From NCBI GenBank assembly GCA_023133595.1, contig JAGLWF010000002.1, positions 4,905 to 68,904 of the forward strand: DNA of 64,000 nucleotides. Direction: 5' to 3'. The notes under the pieces are model-generated. The model was not told the origin of the DNA, made no database searches, and was given only the letters and a program-made list of their open reading frames with translations. The translations under genes and the position numbers were made by a program. This stretch comes from Nanobdellota archaeon. GTDB taxonomy: Archaea; Nanobdellota; Nanobdellia; Woesearchaeales; WJKV01. Of the stretch, positions 28,301-43,300 are shown in pieces. Each line of letters starts with the position of its first letter. Within the stretch, counting starts at the first letter, position 1.

Positions 28301-31300
28301 TGTGAAGTTATCATTATCATTCGACCCAAACACGTAGAAATCAAAGAAAAGTCCTGTTTCATTCGACTGCAATATACTTTTATCATTTGTTGTTGCTTGA
28401 TTACTGTCCAGGTCATAGATCCACAATCCGCCTCCAGATGATTTATTGATGAAGAGGCTTCCATTATAGTCCAAGTTGAAATTGAAAGTTGCATTTCTTA
28501 ATGTTAGATTACCTCCTTGCAGGATTGTCACGTTACCAGTTATAGGGACTGTCTCATTTTCACACACAACATTTGTCAAGATATCCCAATCACCGGAGAA
28601 ATATTGACCCTGACAATATGATGCATTAATCTCAATACTTCTGTTAGCATCTCCCCAATCAGAATTTCCAGAGGAGTCATAAGCAAGACAATTCCAGGTA
28701 TAATTCCCATTGTTCAAGTCAAGCTGCCAATTAGAAGAATTGTAGGTTCCAGTTGTATTCATTGTCTGGTTCAGTGTGAAAGAACTGTTTGTCTGGTCTG
28801 TGATGTACAAGCTTAAGTTTTGCAGCAGATAATCATCTGTCACAGAACAATTAAATGTTACAATAGTTGGTTCAGTATCATCATAATACTCAGGCCCAGG
28901 AAGATTCAGAGTTACAGTAGGATTATTTGCATCTGTCACTGTGAAATTATCAGTAACAGGATCCGCTCTGTTGTTCTGTGTATCATTTGCATAGACAGTG
29001 TAATTCTGGATGCCTACTAATGTTGTGATATTAACAGTTACATTCCAGATATTTCCTGAAGTTTGGATGCCAGTCAGATTTATACCATCGACATACCAGT
29101 CATCTGCATCCCCATTCATTCCGTCTGATAGGAATTTTATCTCGACAGTATCATCAAATGTACAATTCTCAGTTGATAGCTCGATTTCAGAATAAATCCA
29201 TTGTTCTTCAGCATAATCCCCATCAGTCAGCCTCCAGATCTCGTTTCCATCGCAGAGTACCTGTACATATTCATTAGGCTCAAAACTATATTCCCAAGAC
29301 CAGAAACTTATATTGACTGAATCATAACCAGTGAAGCTGAAGCTTTGATTGAAACGAGAATCAAGAGTATCATCCTGGAGGTGCGCGATAAATCCTCCCG
29401 CAGCACTGCAATCACCACTATCATCACACTGACTTGGCGGCGGCCGCAGTGCACCTTCTGCAATTCTCTCTGAATCTGCAGCGCCTGCTGGAAGATAAGT
29501 GAAATTCCATCCTTGGTCTCCTGCTTCAAATCCAGCAAAATGAATGCCTACTTCTTCTGCAGATGTTGCGCTCACTAGGGAATAATTAGTGCCATTGATC
29601 GTTACCCAGACAGAATTCACTGAATAGGATCCTGCTGTGACATTAGCAGTTATAGTTATGTTCTGGTTCTGGTCTATCGGATCAGGAGTATCATTGATTG
29701 CATTGATGACTGGCAGGGTTACACTCGTTGTTGTGAAATTATAAGGTCCTGTTGTGTTGCAGTTGCCGGCAATATCACAGGATGTGACATTATAATAATA
29801 AAGTGTGTTGTTCATCAACCCTGTTATCAATACATTATGTGATGTCACACGAGCAGTGCCTACCTTGATGGTTCCTAAGGCAGTAGTATCTCCATAATTG
29901 ACAGAACTATTAGAGTCTTCATCTGTGGTCCATACGATATTTGCTCTATCAGCATAAATATTTGTTGCATTCTCATCAGAGATAAATGGAGGAGTATTAT
30001 CTATGGTGAAATTATTAACAGTCAATACACTTTCAATATTTGAAGAATTATCATCTGCAACTGCAGTGACATTCATTCTGTATTCGCCGTCGTCAACAAG
30101 AGAGGTATTGAAGGAGATGTTAAGATCACTGTCATTAGGACTGTAGAAACTTGCATTTATAGTATAATTGATTGTTCCATCCAGATTACATAGATATAAA
30201 GAATGGTTCACTGTTCCAGGAACATTCGGATCTATCCCTATGTTGACATGGATTGTCATGTTCCTGCTGTGTGCTCCATCTAATGTTATATCGAATCCTC
30301 CAGCATCGCTCGTATAAGTTTCTATATTCGGGGAAGAGATAGGGAGATTAAGTGGATCAAGGGAATCGTTATATAACACAAGGTTAGTATAATTGTTTCC
30401 AGCCAGATCTGTGATATATACTCCCATCTGGAACTGGTCTCCTACCTTGGCTTGGGCATCCCAGATGTCAGGTGTAAAGTTTGCCTGGATGAAATTATTC
30501 CCGCCATCATTTGTGGTCCAGGCTGTCTGTGTCTCGCTGAAGCTTACATTTGTGATAGTACTTCCATTAGCATACCGGATTAGGAATTTTCCTGTTGCTG
30601 CCAGTGAATCACTCTGATAGTAGAGATAATTAGCTCCTGTTGCTTCTATCCCTCCGATCTCTCCATTGATTATCGAGAATTTGTCAGAGATATAACTGCT
30701 GTTTCTCGAAGTGAAATCACAAGACCCATTCAAGTCAGCTGTAGACAGTGATTGTATGAATACACAGTTGGTTATATCATCCAATGGAGTCACTGTTCCA
30801 GATATATTATAACTGCTGTTACAATAATAAATCGTCAGGTCCTCGACAGGAGCTCCGCTGAAATTAACATTAACAAATATAGACATAGTATAATTATCTA
30901 TATCTCTCATACTCTCTATATTCCAGAATTTGACCAACAAAGCATTCTGTTCAAAGACTTCATAATCCTTCTTTATCTCTGCCTCCATATCTTTTATAGT
31001 CAAATAATGCATCTGGCTGTAACCAGTAGACTCGACAAGCCAGGTATAATTCAGCAATGCCCAGTCACTGCCAGTTGTCACATTCAGTTTATCATTCTCT
31101 CCATCATTGACAGCATAAGAATAAGTGTCATTGAATATTCCAAGAGTTTCATACCAGAAACTCTCATTCCTTCCCATTGCGCGCAGTATCGGTTCGGTCA
31201 CAGGTCCTCCGCTTACAGTGAGATTGTTGGCAGGAGGATAGAGACTCCAGAAGCGTCCCAGAAAAGGACTGTAAGGCAGACTTAGGTTATGGATTGTTCT

Positions 31301-34300
31301 TGTGACAAAAGTGTTATAGTGATTTCCAGTCAGGGTCACATTCAATCCACTAGGATCAGTACAATTTATTATTGCTTCAAACGCTCCTCCTGAAAATATA
31401 GTTAGATTGCTTGGAGTCACAGACACTATTGTACAATTTGGAGGAGTTACGTCTGCTTCAGAAATTGTTAAATTAAATATTTTTGAATATTCAATCAATT
31501 CTATTGTCTCATTAGCTACAGATGATTTATTCGCAGTGAAATTTGACCAGGTGAAATAAGTGAATCCTCCACTGCTCTGGTTGTACTCGACAATTTCTCT
31601 CCATCCTGTCAGACCGTCTGCACCAGTCTGCGAAGAGAAAGATTCAACCCATGTTCCAGAATTATTAAAGTAGCCTTTGACAGTCGCGCCAGAAACAGGA
31701 CTCTTGAACTGGTCTGTCACATTTCCTTGGACGTACCATCTTCTTGTCAGGACTGCAGTGTCACTCATGAACGGTTCTGTCTTTAAGAATGTGGAATTTG
31801 TCGCAATCATCTTTGCACCATTCAAGAGCCACATCTCATAATATGAAACATTATTATAATCACCATTGATCGAAGAATTAGCAAATGTGATATTCAGGGC
31901 AGTATCTCCAAGAATACCAAACTGACTTGAATTACTTATATGTGTATTATCTATGAATGTATTATCTATTCCTTGATAAATCCACATTCCACAATAGCCG
32001 CTATGATTTATTCTATTTCCTATAATCGTAGTGTTTGAGCCATTAGCTTGTAGAAGCATACCACAAGAACTCGCTCCACCAACAGTATTATTGATATAAT
32101 TAGCAATAATAAAGTTGTTAGCCTGCTCTATTGCAAGACCATAATCTGTTGCATCAGAGACATTGTTACCTTGAATTGTATTGTTTATGTTTATTCTGAC
32201 ATTATAAATTCCGATTCCTCGGGTTCCTCCAGAGACAATATTATCTTTGATCAAGTTGTGGCAGGCCCCATAATCAATTCCGATCTGTGCGTATGCACTG
32301 CCAGATACATTGTTCTCAGCCATTTCTCCATACATTACCTCGTCAAATATCAGTCCCCAGTTACCGTTGTTTATAGCAGTGTTATTGTAGATATAGATCT
32401 CAGATACATTCCATATCAGCATTCCTCTCTCGATATTAGAATTAACAGTGTTGTATTGTATAGTGACATTCCGGCTGGAATTATATATGTATATTCCGAC
32501 CTCAGTGTTTATATTCGCAGTATTATTCTCGATCAAAATATCTTCAGATTCCCACGTTACATAGATACCGTGAACACTGTTATTATTTACAGTGTTGTTG
32601 ATGATCCTTGTATTGTTCGATCTTTCTGTGAATATTCCATACCAAGTGTTGTTATGGGCTATGTTGTTGGTGACATTAACATAATTAGAACGATCCACTA
32701 GAATTCCAGGATATGCATTATATGTCACTTCGTTGCTGTCAATAGTATTGTAATCTGCAAAGTAAAGCATAATTCCATAGTTGGTACCAGTAGTATTACT
32801 AACAGTATTATCTTGAATCAAGTTATAATTTGCATTATTCTGAAGTGTTATTCCATCCCAAACTGTAATATTTATTAGAGTATTATTTAGTACCTTGTTA
32901 TTGTTGCTATTATTTTGTAAGATAATTCCAGACTGATCTATGTTATTTATTGTATTGTTTGCGATTGTTACATTATTACAACGTCGCTCACAAGAGATTG
33001 CCCACATACTATCATTAATAGTGTTATCTACAACTATACTGTTGTTGGAGATATCAAGAAGGATTCCACGAGTGTCATTTATGTAATTGCCTTTTATCAA
33101 TGCATCGCTTACATTACACATTGTTATTGCTCCGGTTCCTATAACTCCATTCCAAAGTCCTGCACTGGATATCCGCGAGTATTGGACTGTTAGATTATCA
33201 TTTCCATTTACACCCCATGCAAAGAAATCATAATATAATCCTGTTTCATTCGGCTGAAGAACACTTCTGTCATTTGTTGTTGCTTTATCATTATCCAGGT
33301 CAGTGATGAACAAGGCACCGCCTTCTGTCTTGTTAAGGAAAAGAGTTCCATTACCATCCAGATTGAAAGTGAAAGTTGCATTTCTTAATGTCAGATTACC
33401 TCCTTGCTGGATTGTCACGTTACCAGTGATCGGAACTGTCTCATTCTCACAGACAACAGCTGTTGAGATATCCCAATCACCAGAACTGTACGCACCGTTA
33501 CAATACGTCCCTGCCGCTGTATAATTTATCTCAATGCTCCTGTTCGCATCACCCCAGTCAGTGTAGCCTACACTATCATATGCAAGACAGTTCCAAGTGT
33601 AATTGCCGTTCTGCAGACTCAGAATCCAGTTCGAGGAATTGTAAGTTCCAGAAGTGTTCATTGTCTGGTTCAGTGTGAAGGACTGGTTCAAGGAGTTTGT
33701 GATGTATAAGCTTAAATTTGTCAGATTATAATTATCTGTAACTGAACAGTTGAAAGGAACATTGACTGGGTCAGAAGTGTCATTGTAATATGGATGCGCT
33801 GGCAGGTTCAAGGTCACATTCGGAGGGGAAGTGTCAATAAAAAATGTCCAGGTGTCGCTGACATTAGTCAAACTGCCGTCACTGCAATTGACAAATACAG
33901 TATAATTGCCGTCACCCAAAGTCTGATTTATCTCGATAAGTGAAGGGGTGGCAGCAGGAATCGAGCTGTTTGCACCATAACCAACAGAACTATTCACATA
34001 TAATTCACAAGATAACGTGGACTCTTCAGAATCCTGGACAGTGAAATTTATTTCAGGCTGATTATCATTTGTAACAGAATTATTTGCCTTGCCGTCTATA
34101 TCATGGATAGTAATGCCATAAGGGGCAGTATTTACACCTTCAATTATCGTGACATTGAACTTGCTGGTTGTATTGCTTATTGACTCATCGCTTGTCAGGT
34201 TAGCGTATGCAAAGAATTCCCAGACAGAATTTATCGAGCCTGTCGCATTGACCCAGAAAGTGACCAACTGGCTCTGGCTATTATTCAAATTAATTATCCT

Positions 34301-37300
34301 TGGGTTTGAATCATTTGTCCAGAATGGTTCTGTTCCAGGCGCTGTAGAGATCAAGCCTTTTTCCAGGAAGTCGATTGTAAGGTTTCTTACTTCAGACATA
34401 TTCTGGCTGGCCCGGTCTGAGCAGTTGATCCACCAGGTATAATTATCATCTGCTAATGTGTCGTTTGCAGAAATAGTTGTTGTTGTAGCGTTCAATACAG
34501 AATCATTGATTCCATAAGATTCTACTGAACTATTAGTATTATTCATCCATAATACGCAGCTCATGTTTGTTGCCATATTATCTGTTGCATTGAAGATAAA
34601 GTCAGGCTGTCTTGATGTTGTATTTTTAGTATTATTTGCAGGGGCTTCCAAATAGATATGTGGCGGAGTTGTATCAGTGAAATAGGTAAAGGTACTTATC
34701 GAGCTCGTGCTGTTTCCTTCGCTGTCATAAGCAGTGACCTTCCAGTACCAGATTGTGTCTGTTGTCCAGTCAGAAGTGACCTGGTATGAAGAATTCGTGA
34801 CAGTATTTCCAAGCACATAGGTGTAGTTGACAGAAGTGAAATCTGCATCATCGTCAACCTCCACAGTATAATTCTGGAAATCAGCATCTGATGTGTCCTC
34901 CCAGTCAAGGAAAGGTGTCAGATTTGCTGATCTGGTGCCGTTTGCAGGCAAAAGAAGGTCGAATGGTGTTGGCAGTCCTGCTTCCAGCAGGAAAATCGTT
35001 ATTGAAGAGTCATTTTCAAGATCAGTGGTGTTCATTGCATAAAAGCTGGAATTTGCCTTCAATAAATCCCATGAAGAATTGTACCAGTTCACATTATAAT
35101 CATTGTTGTTCATGGTTACATTAGAAACATTGTGATCATAATTATTTGTAATAGTGCAGACAGTCTCTCCAGAAGCTGTTGTGCAATTCGCCTTGACATA
35201 CTGCCACTCTGTCAGGCAATCACTACAATAGCCAGTACGCTGGTTGTCGTACTTGAGGGTTGACCAGTTTTTGCCAGTGCCAACACCTATGTCAAATGCA
35301 TAGACATACCAATCATCAGTTGTGAAAGACAGTATTCCGTCTGCAACAGCAGGAGCACTGAAACTTCCAGCTCCCATCTGATAACTCCAGATCTCATCTC
35401 CATTGGTCTCATTAAATAGATGAACTTTGTCAGTAGCGATCAAAAGCATAAATACAAAGTCATTGTAGACGCTAGCATAACTCCCATAGTTACTGCCTGA
35501 ATCTCCAGGAGTGACTGATGTTGTCCATAGCTCAGCACCAGTCGAGGCATTCAATCCATAAACCATATGTTCAGTAGCATCTGCAGTTGAAAAGAAAAGC
35601 TTGTCATCGTGGTAGCTCGGAGTCCTGTATATGTCACCGTTAGGATCATAGGACCAGTTCACTCCTCCAACTCCGTCATTGTTCAACGAATATAACCTGC
35701 TGCCAGTTGTTCCGACATAAACTCTGCCAAGATCTGTTGCGATTGTCGGAGAACTGTCCCAGATCATTGCATTCAAGCTCGTGTTCCAGATATGATCTCC
35801 AGTTGTCGCGTTCTGTGCATAGAAGTCTGTTGAAGCTCCTCCACTGATGTAGACAATATCTTCATAATATGATGGAGAAGAACCTGGAGAGCCCCACCCA
35901 GCAACTCCAAATGATTGGTTCCAGATAGGAGTGCAGTCAGTTGCATTCAATGCCCACACAAGAGAAGGTACGCTTGCGTCATACAACTCTGCGAAGTAGA
36001 AATAATCTCCCTCGACCAGAGGAGAGTTTGCAGAACCATCATAAGTATCATTGCCTTCAAAAGTATAATTGCAGATCTGCAGACCTGTTGTTGTATTATA
36101 TATAAATGCAGTGCTGAATCCATTATACGTCAAATGGTAGACCTTGTCATCTCTGGAGTAAGGTGTAGCATCACTGTTTCCATATGTCTCATTCCAGAGG
36201 AACTCGCCTGTTGTATGATTCAAACAAGCAATCCAGGTAAAACCATCTTCGTCAGGGCCTGGTTCTGGCCAGCCTTGTTTTGATGTGATCGCCAGTCTGT
36301 CATTGAGCACTGATGTACCGCCGAACTCATCGTAGGTTCCAGTTGCATTTGTCTTCCACAATAATTCATGTCCAATTGCATCACCTGTCAAATTCAGATC
36401 TATCAATACACTCGGAGCATCAATATTTACCAGATTATAAGCATAATCAACACTTATGCCGAACTCGAATTTAAGTACGTGTTTGCCAGGTGTCTTTACC
36501 ATCGAGATTTCTGTACCAGTCTCATTACACGAATAATTTTGATAGAATACTGATGATCCATTATATGTTGCATTCAGAACCGTATTTCCGCATTTTAATT
36601 CTAAAAAGTCTAAATCTGTCATAAACGCAGTACCTAAAACAGGAGTGATTGTCAGGTTCGCGCTTCCATTTGTAGAGAATAAGACTGTCCAGTTGCCGTT
36701 CAGGGTTGGATAACTTTGCGTATTGATTATCTGTATCTGGCCAGCGATATATGCTGAGAATTCATTCACTGTGAATGTCACTTCACCATCAGCTTCTGTA
36801 AAAGGTATGCCTGTTGCAAGCCATTGCATGCATTCGCCAGTGTCTGTATTGAAATCAGGACAGTGAAGGATAGTGCTCACTTTTCCCTCGACAGGCAGTG
36901 TTATTGTTGCATTTGTGAACTCAAAGCTTTCATTGACAGCAAATACTTCTGATTTTACTGCTATTTGGGTGAGCTGTCTCATTCCCCGGACAACGGTCTT
37001 TACCTGTTTTTCAGGAGCAGCCTCAGAATAGACAGTTATATTCTTTAATTCTGTCATACCTCTTATATTCACTTTCACGCCTTTTGCTTTCTGCTCGACA
37101 ATCTCCAGATCATACAATGCGCCTCTTTGATTCACAGTATAATCAAAGAATTCAGGCTTATTGCTCTTGAAAGTAATTTTCATCATATCTGATTCTGCCA
37201 CTATAACTGATTCTGTAAATGCAGTTGTTTCTATAGTTTCTTCTATCTCTGATTCGATTACAGGTTCTTTAACAAGCGGTTCTGGGTCTGGAATTGGTTC

Positions 37301-40300
37301 TGGAGTTTGAGCTGGAACCAGCTTTGGAACTGGTTGTTCAGCTTTGATGATTTCAGGATAAATATATTCTGTCTCAGCAAGAATTTCTTCAGGAACAGAT
37401 GCTGCAGAACTTTCTGGGTCGAGGCTGACATTAATATTGCCACAATCAGCATTATAACAACTAACATTGACTGTGACATTGAACCATCCATACTGAGTTG
37501 CATTGATGTCTGTTGTCGGTGATACTAAATAAATGCCGATTGTAGGTTGTACAGCAGGAGTAGCATTGATCTCAATACTCCTGTTCGCATCTCCCCAGTC
37601 ACTGTTATCAGACGTATCATAGGCAAGACAGTTCCATGTATAATTGCCATTCTGCAGGCTCAGGGTCCAGTTCGATGAATTGCTTGTTCCGCCAATGTTT
37701 GTTGTTTGGTTTAAAGTGAAGGAACTGTTTGTTGAATCTGTGATGTATAGTGAGATGTTTGTTAATCCAGTATCGTCTGTTACAGAACAGTTGAAAAGCA
37801 CATCAACTGGATCAGAAGTGTCATTGTGATAATCAGGTGCTGGCAGGTTTAGGGTTACGTTTGGAGGATTTAATTCTGTCACTTTAAAGTATGTGGCAGT
37901 AAATGTCTGGGAATTGCTGTTGCCATAAGAATCAGTACCATATCCATTTGTTATGTTATATGTTCCAAACTGGTCTGTATTGTTAAAGTCTGTATAATAC
38001 ACGCCTGTTACATTTTGATAATATATTTTTACCCATACATTTACGTAATTTATCTCATCAATGATTGATGCAGTATGCCAGTCCAGACCAACCCCTCTTA
38101 CCTTTATGTTCCTGTTTTTGTAGCTTTGCTGCCAGGCATTTAAATAAGCTGCAGTAGTGATGTTGACAGTGAAATTAACATTAGTCGTATTCAACGAACC
38201 TCCTGTATATGTATTATTGAGACTAAAGTTAGCCACTGGCATGAATCCTGATTCATATCCGCCACCAGTATAAATGTATAATTCCAGATCAGGATATGCA
38301 TTTCCTTGTTCTGCGCTTGCATTAGGGTCATAAGAATCTACTTCAACAATCACACTTATTTGAGTGATATTGCCATATTCATTTGTTGTCACATAGGTAT
38401 AATCTGTATAATTTGTATACATGTCAGTTGTGTTTGAATCATTGAATTTCGCAAGGAAACAGCCCCATTTGTAAGAATTGTCTAGCAGATTCAAGTATGG
38501 TATAGGGTCTGGCAGACTTGGGTATGGATTTGTCCAGTCATAAACCCGGCTCCTGGCATCACCCCTTCCAGCCGCAACCCTATAAGCACAGTCAGTATTC
38601 TGTACAGTTGGTACAAAATAGTATGTTGTTGAAGCATTAAGCATGCAATCATCTGAAGATGCATTGACAGCACCGCACTGCCATCCGTTTGCATCAGGTA
38701 TGCTTATAGGCACTGAATAACATAAAAGATCATTCGGTCTGTCTGTAGTGCCATTTTGCGTGTATATCCCAATAATCATATTATTCGTGCCAGCTCCTGC
38801 ATTTGTTGTGTAAACACAAAGCTCGGTTACATTTCCAGAACCAGTATAAACCCCTGTGCCTACCATCTCTTCGAGGGGTCCCAGTGTTCTTTCTTCAGAT
38901 TCAAGAGCATATGTTTCCGGAGTGTCCAAGCCGCCAGAATATCCAAAATGTTCAGGTCTGTTATTCATACATCCAAACTTTCCTCCTGTGTAGCCTTTTT
39001 TGCTGACAGTTCCATTCTCTCTGTCAGAGGATGTATCATTAAAGCTGTCCATGTAAGAAGTTAGTGTTACATTTGTTTTGCTGGAGTTTGGATACCTGAT
39101 TGTGGCATTTACAATTGTTACTTTATTGTTTCCACCTGGATGAGTAGCTGTCATGTTGATTCTAACTGAAGCATTCTGGGCTACACTGGTGTCATTGACC
39201 ACTGCATTGCTTAGTGTAGGCAGGGTTGTATTTGAAGTGAAGGTTATTGTGTCTGTTGCAAGGTCATTGTCACTGTTGTTAGCGTATACAATTATAGTAT
39301 TAGAACCAGAGGTTGGTGTTATTTCAGCAGTGTATATCACTGAAATGTTTCCAAATGCATAAAGCATCCAGGTGTCAGTAGGCATGTATAAGATGCCGTC
39401 AACAAGTGCAGGAGAACCAAACACCTGTCCGCCATGATCATAAGACCATATCAGGCTTCCGTCTGTTTCATTTAAAACATATGTCTTGTTATCAAGAGAG
39501 CCGAACACTATCTTTCCGTCAGCAACAACAGGCGATGAATATACATCGTTGCCAGTTGAGTAATCCCACTTTAATTCACCTGTTTTTGCATCCAGGGCAT
39601 ATATTTTATTAGTTGCTCCTCCTGCAAATATTGTTCCATCATGCAGTGCCGGAGTTGCAAGCATGTACGTGTTTCTTGACCCTGTGTCATATTTCCATTC
39701 TACTTCCAGGTTTGTTGCATTGTAAGCATATATATTGCCATCACCTCCTCCTATGTAAAAAATTCCAGTATCCTTGTCTATTGTTGGTGAAGAATCCCAG
39801 TAGCCTCTTAGCTCGTTCTGCGTCGCGTAAAGGGCAGCGCCGTTTGATTCGTTTATTATAAATAAGTTTCCTCCGCTTTCACCGTATGTGAATCCTGGAA
39901 CATAGAGTTTGTCATTGTATATTGTGATTGAGCTTATCATGTAGTAATAATAAAATCCAAGGCTTACATTCCATATGTGCGCTCCTGTTGTTGAGTTTAG
40001 TGCAAATACGCGCGAATAATCTTTTGTGTTGACAAAAACCATATCTTTTTCTTGGTCAAGTGCTGGCGCGCCTATGAATTTTCCAGGATAGGTAAAGTTC
40101 CATATATGTTGGCAATTTGTTGCGTTTAAAGCATAAGTTGTGTTATAACTGCCGTCAATAGATGCCATGTATGCCATTCCATTGTCTCCAATGCTCAGTG
40201 GACTGTCTGTTCCTCCTGTGGTTATATTGCATATCTGCTCTCCTGTTGTGGCATTTATGAAAAAAGTGCGCCTGTGGCCTGCATATGTTGTTTCATCGTC

Positions 40301-43300
40301 ATCATAATCTTTTCCTGCAATGTATAATATATCATTCTTAATAGTTGGCTGTTGGAATATATCAAACTCGCCTGTCACATTTATCATCCATAACACGTTT
40401 GCTTGTTTTGGCATTCTGCCTTTGACTGCTGATGTTCTGTATTGGTCTGCTCCCCGCTGTGTGTAATTGATTATGTATTTTGTCATTGAAACATTGGCAG
40501 CGCCGTTTAAAGAATAAGTTACACCATCTGGCACCACGCGGTCCACTATCACTTCAACTGTCACAGTGCTTGAATAATTTTCACTATTATCAGCCGGAGT
40601 TATTATTTCTATTAATGGCGTTGCCTCATTTACAGTGCAAGCCACAGTTATATTGTCCCCTGTTGAATTCTGGTCTGATTTGACATTGAATATGGATGTG
40701 TAATTGCCTGGTGCCTGGACTTTTGAAGGTGAGCACTCGAACCGCACCTCACTTAGGTTATTGTTCATGTCACCCAAAGACATTGGAGTGGCAGTTATGA
40801 AATGTACAGGGGTTGCATTAAAGTCAGTTGCATTAGTGAACACCTCAGTTACAACCACGTTTTCATTGGAATTCGTTGCATTGACAGTGGCGTTTTTTGA
40901 ACCTGTGAGTCCCTGGTCTGCACTTAATGACAATGTTGACTGGTTCCATTCAACAGATGCTGTTGCTGTAGAATTGATCTCAATGCTCCTGTTTGCATCA
41001 CCCCAGTCACTGTTGCCAGCAGCATCATAAGCAATACAGTTCCAGGTGTAATTGCCGTTCTGCAAACTCAAGGCCCAGTTAGAAGAATTGTAAGTCCCGC
41101 TTGTGTTCATTGTCTGGTTCAGAGTGAAGGAACTGTTTGTTGAATCTGTAATGTATAAACTTAGATTGGTCAGATTATGATTGTCTGTTACAGAACAGTT
41201 GAAAGGCACATTGACTGGACTGGAAGTGTCATTGTAATAATCTGCTGCTGGAAGATTCAAGGTCACATTTGGAGATGCAGTGTCAATAGTAAACGCCCAA
41301 GTATCGCTGACATTAGTCAAACCATTGTCACTGCAATTGACAAATACAGTATAGTTGCCGTCACCCAAACTCTGATTTATCTCAATAATTGAAGGAGTGG
41401 CGACAGGAATCGAGCTGTTGGCGCCATAACCAACAGAACCATTCACGTACAACTCGCAAGACAAAGTAGCTTGCTCAGAGTCCTGGACAGTGAAATTAAC
41501 CTCAGGCTGGTTGTCATTTGTGGCAGAATTATTTGCCTTGCCGTCAATATCATGGATAATCATGCCATAAGGGGCAGTGGCTTGTAATGTATAATGAACT
41601 TCAACCCATGCTTGTGTGACATACGCTGTTGTTCCGCCCCAGCTGCCTATTGCTCTTGATTTTACACCAATTTCCAATACATCAATGTCTGCCCATTCCC
41701 ACGCTTGGTCATCTGCAGGATTCAGCAGCCATGTCTCACTGTCATTTGTCCATGTTGCATAATCAAGTTTGTCTGCACTGCAGGATTCTGTTCCATCAGA
41801 TTGAATGCAGACTGCAAATTCTTCTGTGCCTGTGCTGGATTTTGTTCTTAACCATACTGTTATATTATGGATCGTGCCTATTTCTGTAGTGTGGTTTTCT
41901 ACTGTCCAGTAATCTTCATAATTTTGTGTGCCAGCAGAAACATAGCTAGAATCATCATCTGCAATTGTCTCATTGACCTCTTCAAAATGCGTGTTTCCTC
42001 CTAAAGGTGTCCAGTCCAGTTCATGGCCATCTCCATCTGGTCTTAATATTAAGACGCTTGGGTCTATGATGTGATCAAATTCCAGGTATGCGCTTGCATT
42101 AGCATCATTGTTCTTGATCTTCAGATCAAATGTGTCGTGGCTTCCATTCATCCCTGTCAGGTACACTTTATAGTATTTTGTTTCTGTTATGACTGGAAAT
42201 TCTGTTATCTTATTAGATGAGTTGAAATAATAAACTTCCACTGTTGTGTTCGCACTTTGATTGTTTCTTGCATACAAAGTTATGTCTCGTGACTGGTCCA
42301 GTTCCTGCTCGAATGTCACCCTGATATATTCGTTGTGATAAATTGCAGGAGACCATATATTATCCAGTGCTCTCACATGGTTATATATATCTTCAATAGT
42401 GCTTTTGTTTAAATCCAGATGCAGTGCCTTTGTGATCAGAATCTCGCCTGCACCGCTTCCAGTCACATTTTCTATTACATACTTGCCAGCGTCGATATAT
42501 ACAGTGTATCCGTCTTTTGTCACGTTCGCAAGGATCTCAGCATAAAAGAAGGTGGTCATGTTTGCACAGCCCTGATAAACGCCAGACAATTCCTCTGCTT
42601 GTGGACAGATGTACAATCCAATGTTCTGCGTATTCTCAAAATAGAGTGTGTGCGCTTCTTCAACACCAGTTACTCCTGAGAAATTTACAGCAATTCTTGT
42701 GCTGTCTTTTCTTATCTTTAATTTTCGCAGATCAACATTACCTTCACCGAACTTTGCTCTCAATCCAAGTGCTCTTCCTTTTGCTGGATGACGGAACAAT
42801 ACTTCCTGGTCCTCTTTAGAGACCCAGCCGCCAGTTATAACAGGAGTCACATCACCTTCTGCAAGATATTCAGCTGTCTCTGCATCTTCTGGTGCAAGAT
42901 ACAATGAAGAGATTGAATAGTTGATTCCACTTATCTCTCCGCGCAGGTAGAAGTTGTTGATTGTTGTCAGGTAGACTGCCTGCTTCCCTTGTTGTTTTTT
43001 ATCCTGGCCTTTGCCCTTGCCTTTACTTGTTCCTGGGCCTCTAGGAGGAGGAGCATCTGGTATAACGATCTCTTCTTGCACTGGTTCTTCTGGCAGTTGC
43101 TCTTCTTCTGCTCCCTGCGAAGTTTCATTTACTTGCGGTCCTGGGATTGGTTCTAGAGCTTCTGGTATAACAGGAGCAGTTATCTCTTCTTCTGGTGCTA
43201 TTACTGCACCACCACTAATAGAATCTATGTCAGAATCAAATCCGAACAGGCCAAAGATCTTAAGGAAAAGGTACTGGACAATGTAGTATCCAGATTTCAT

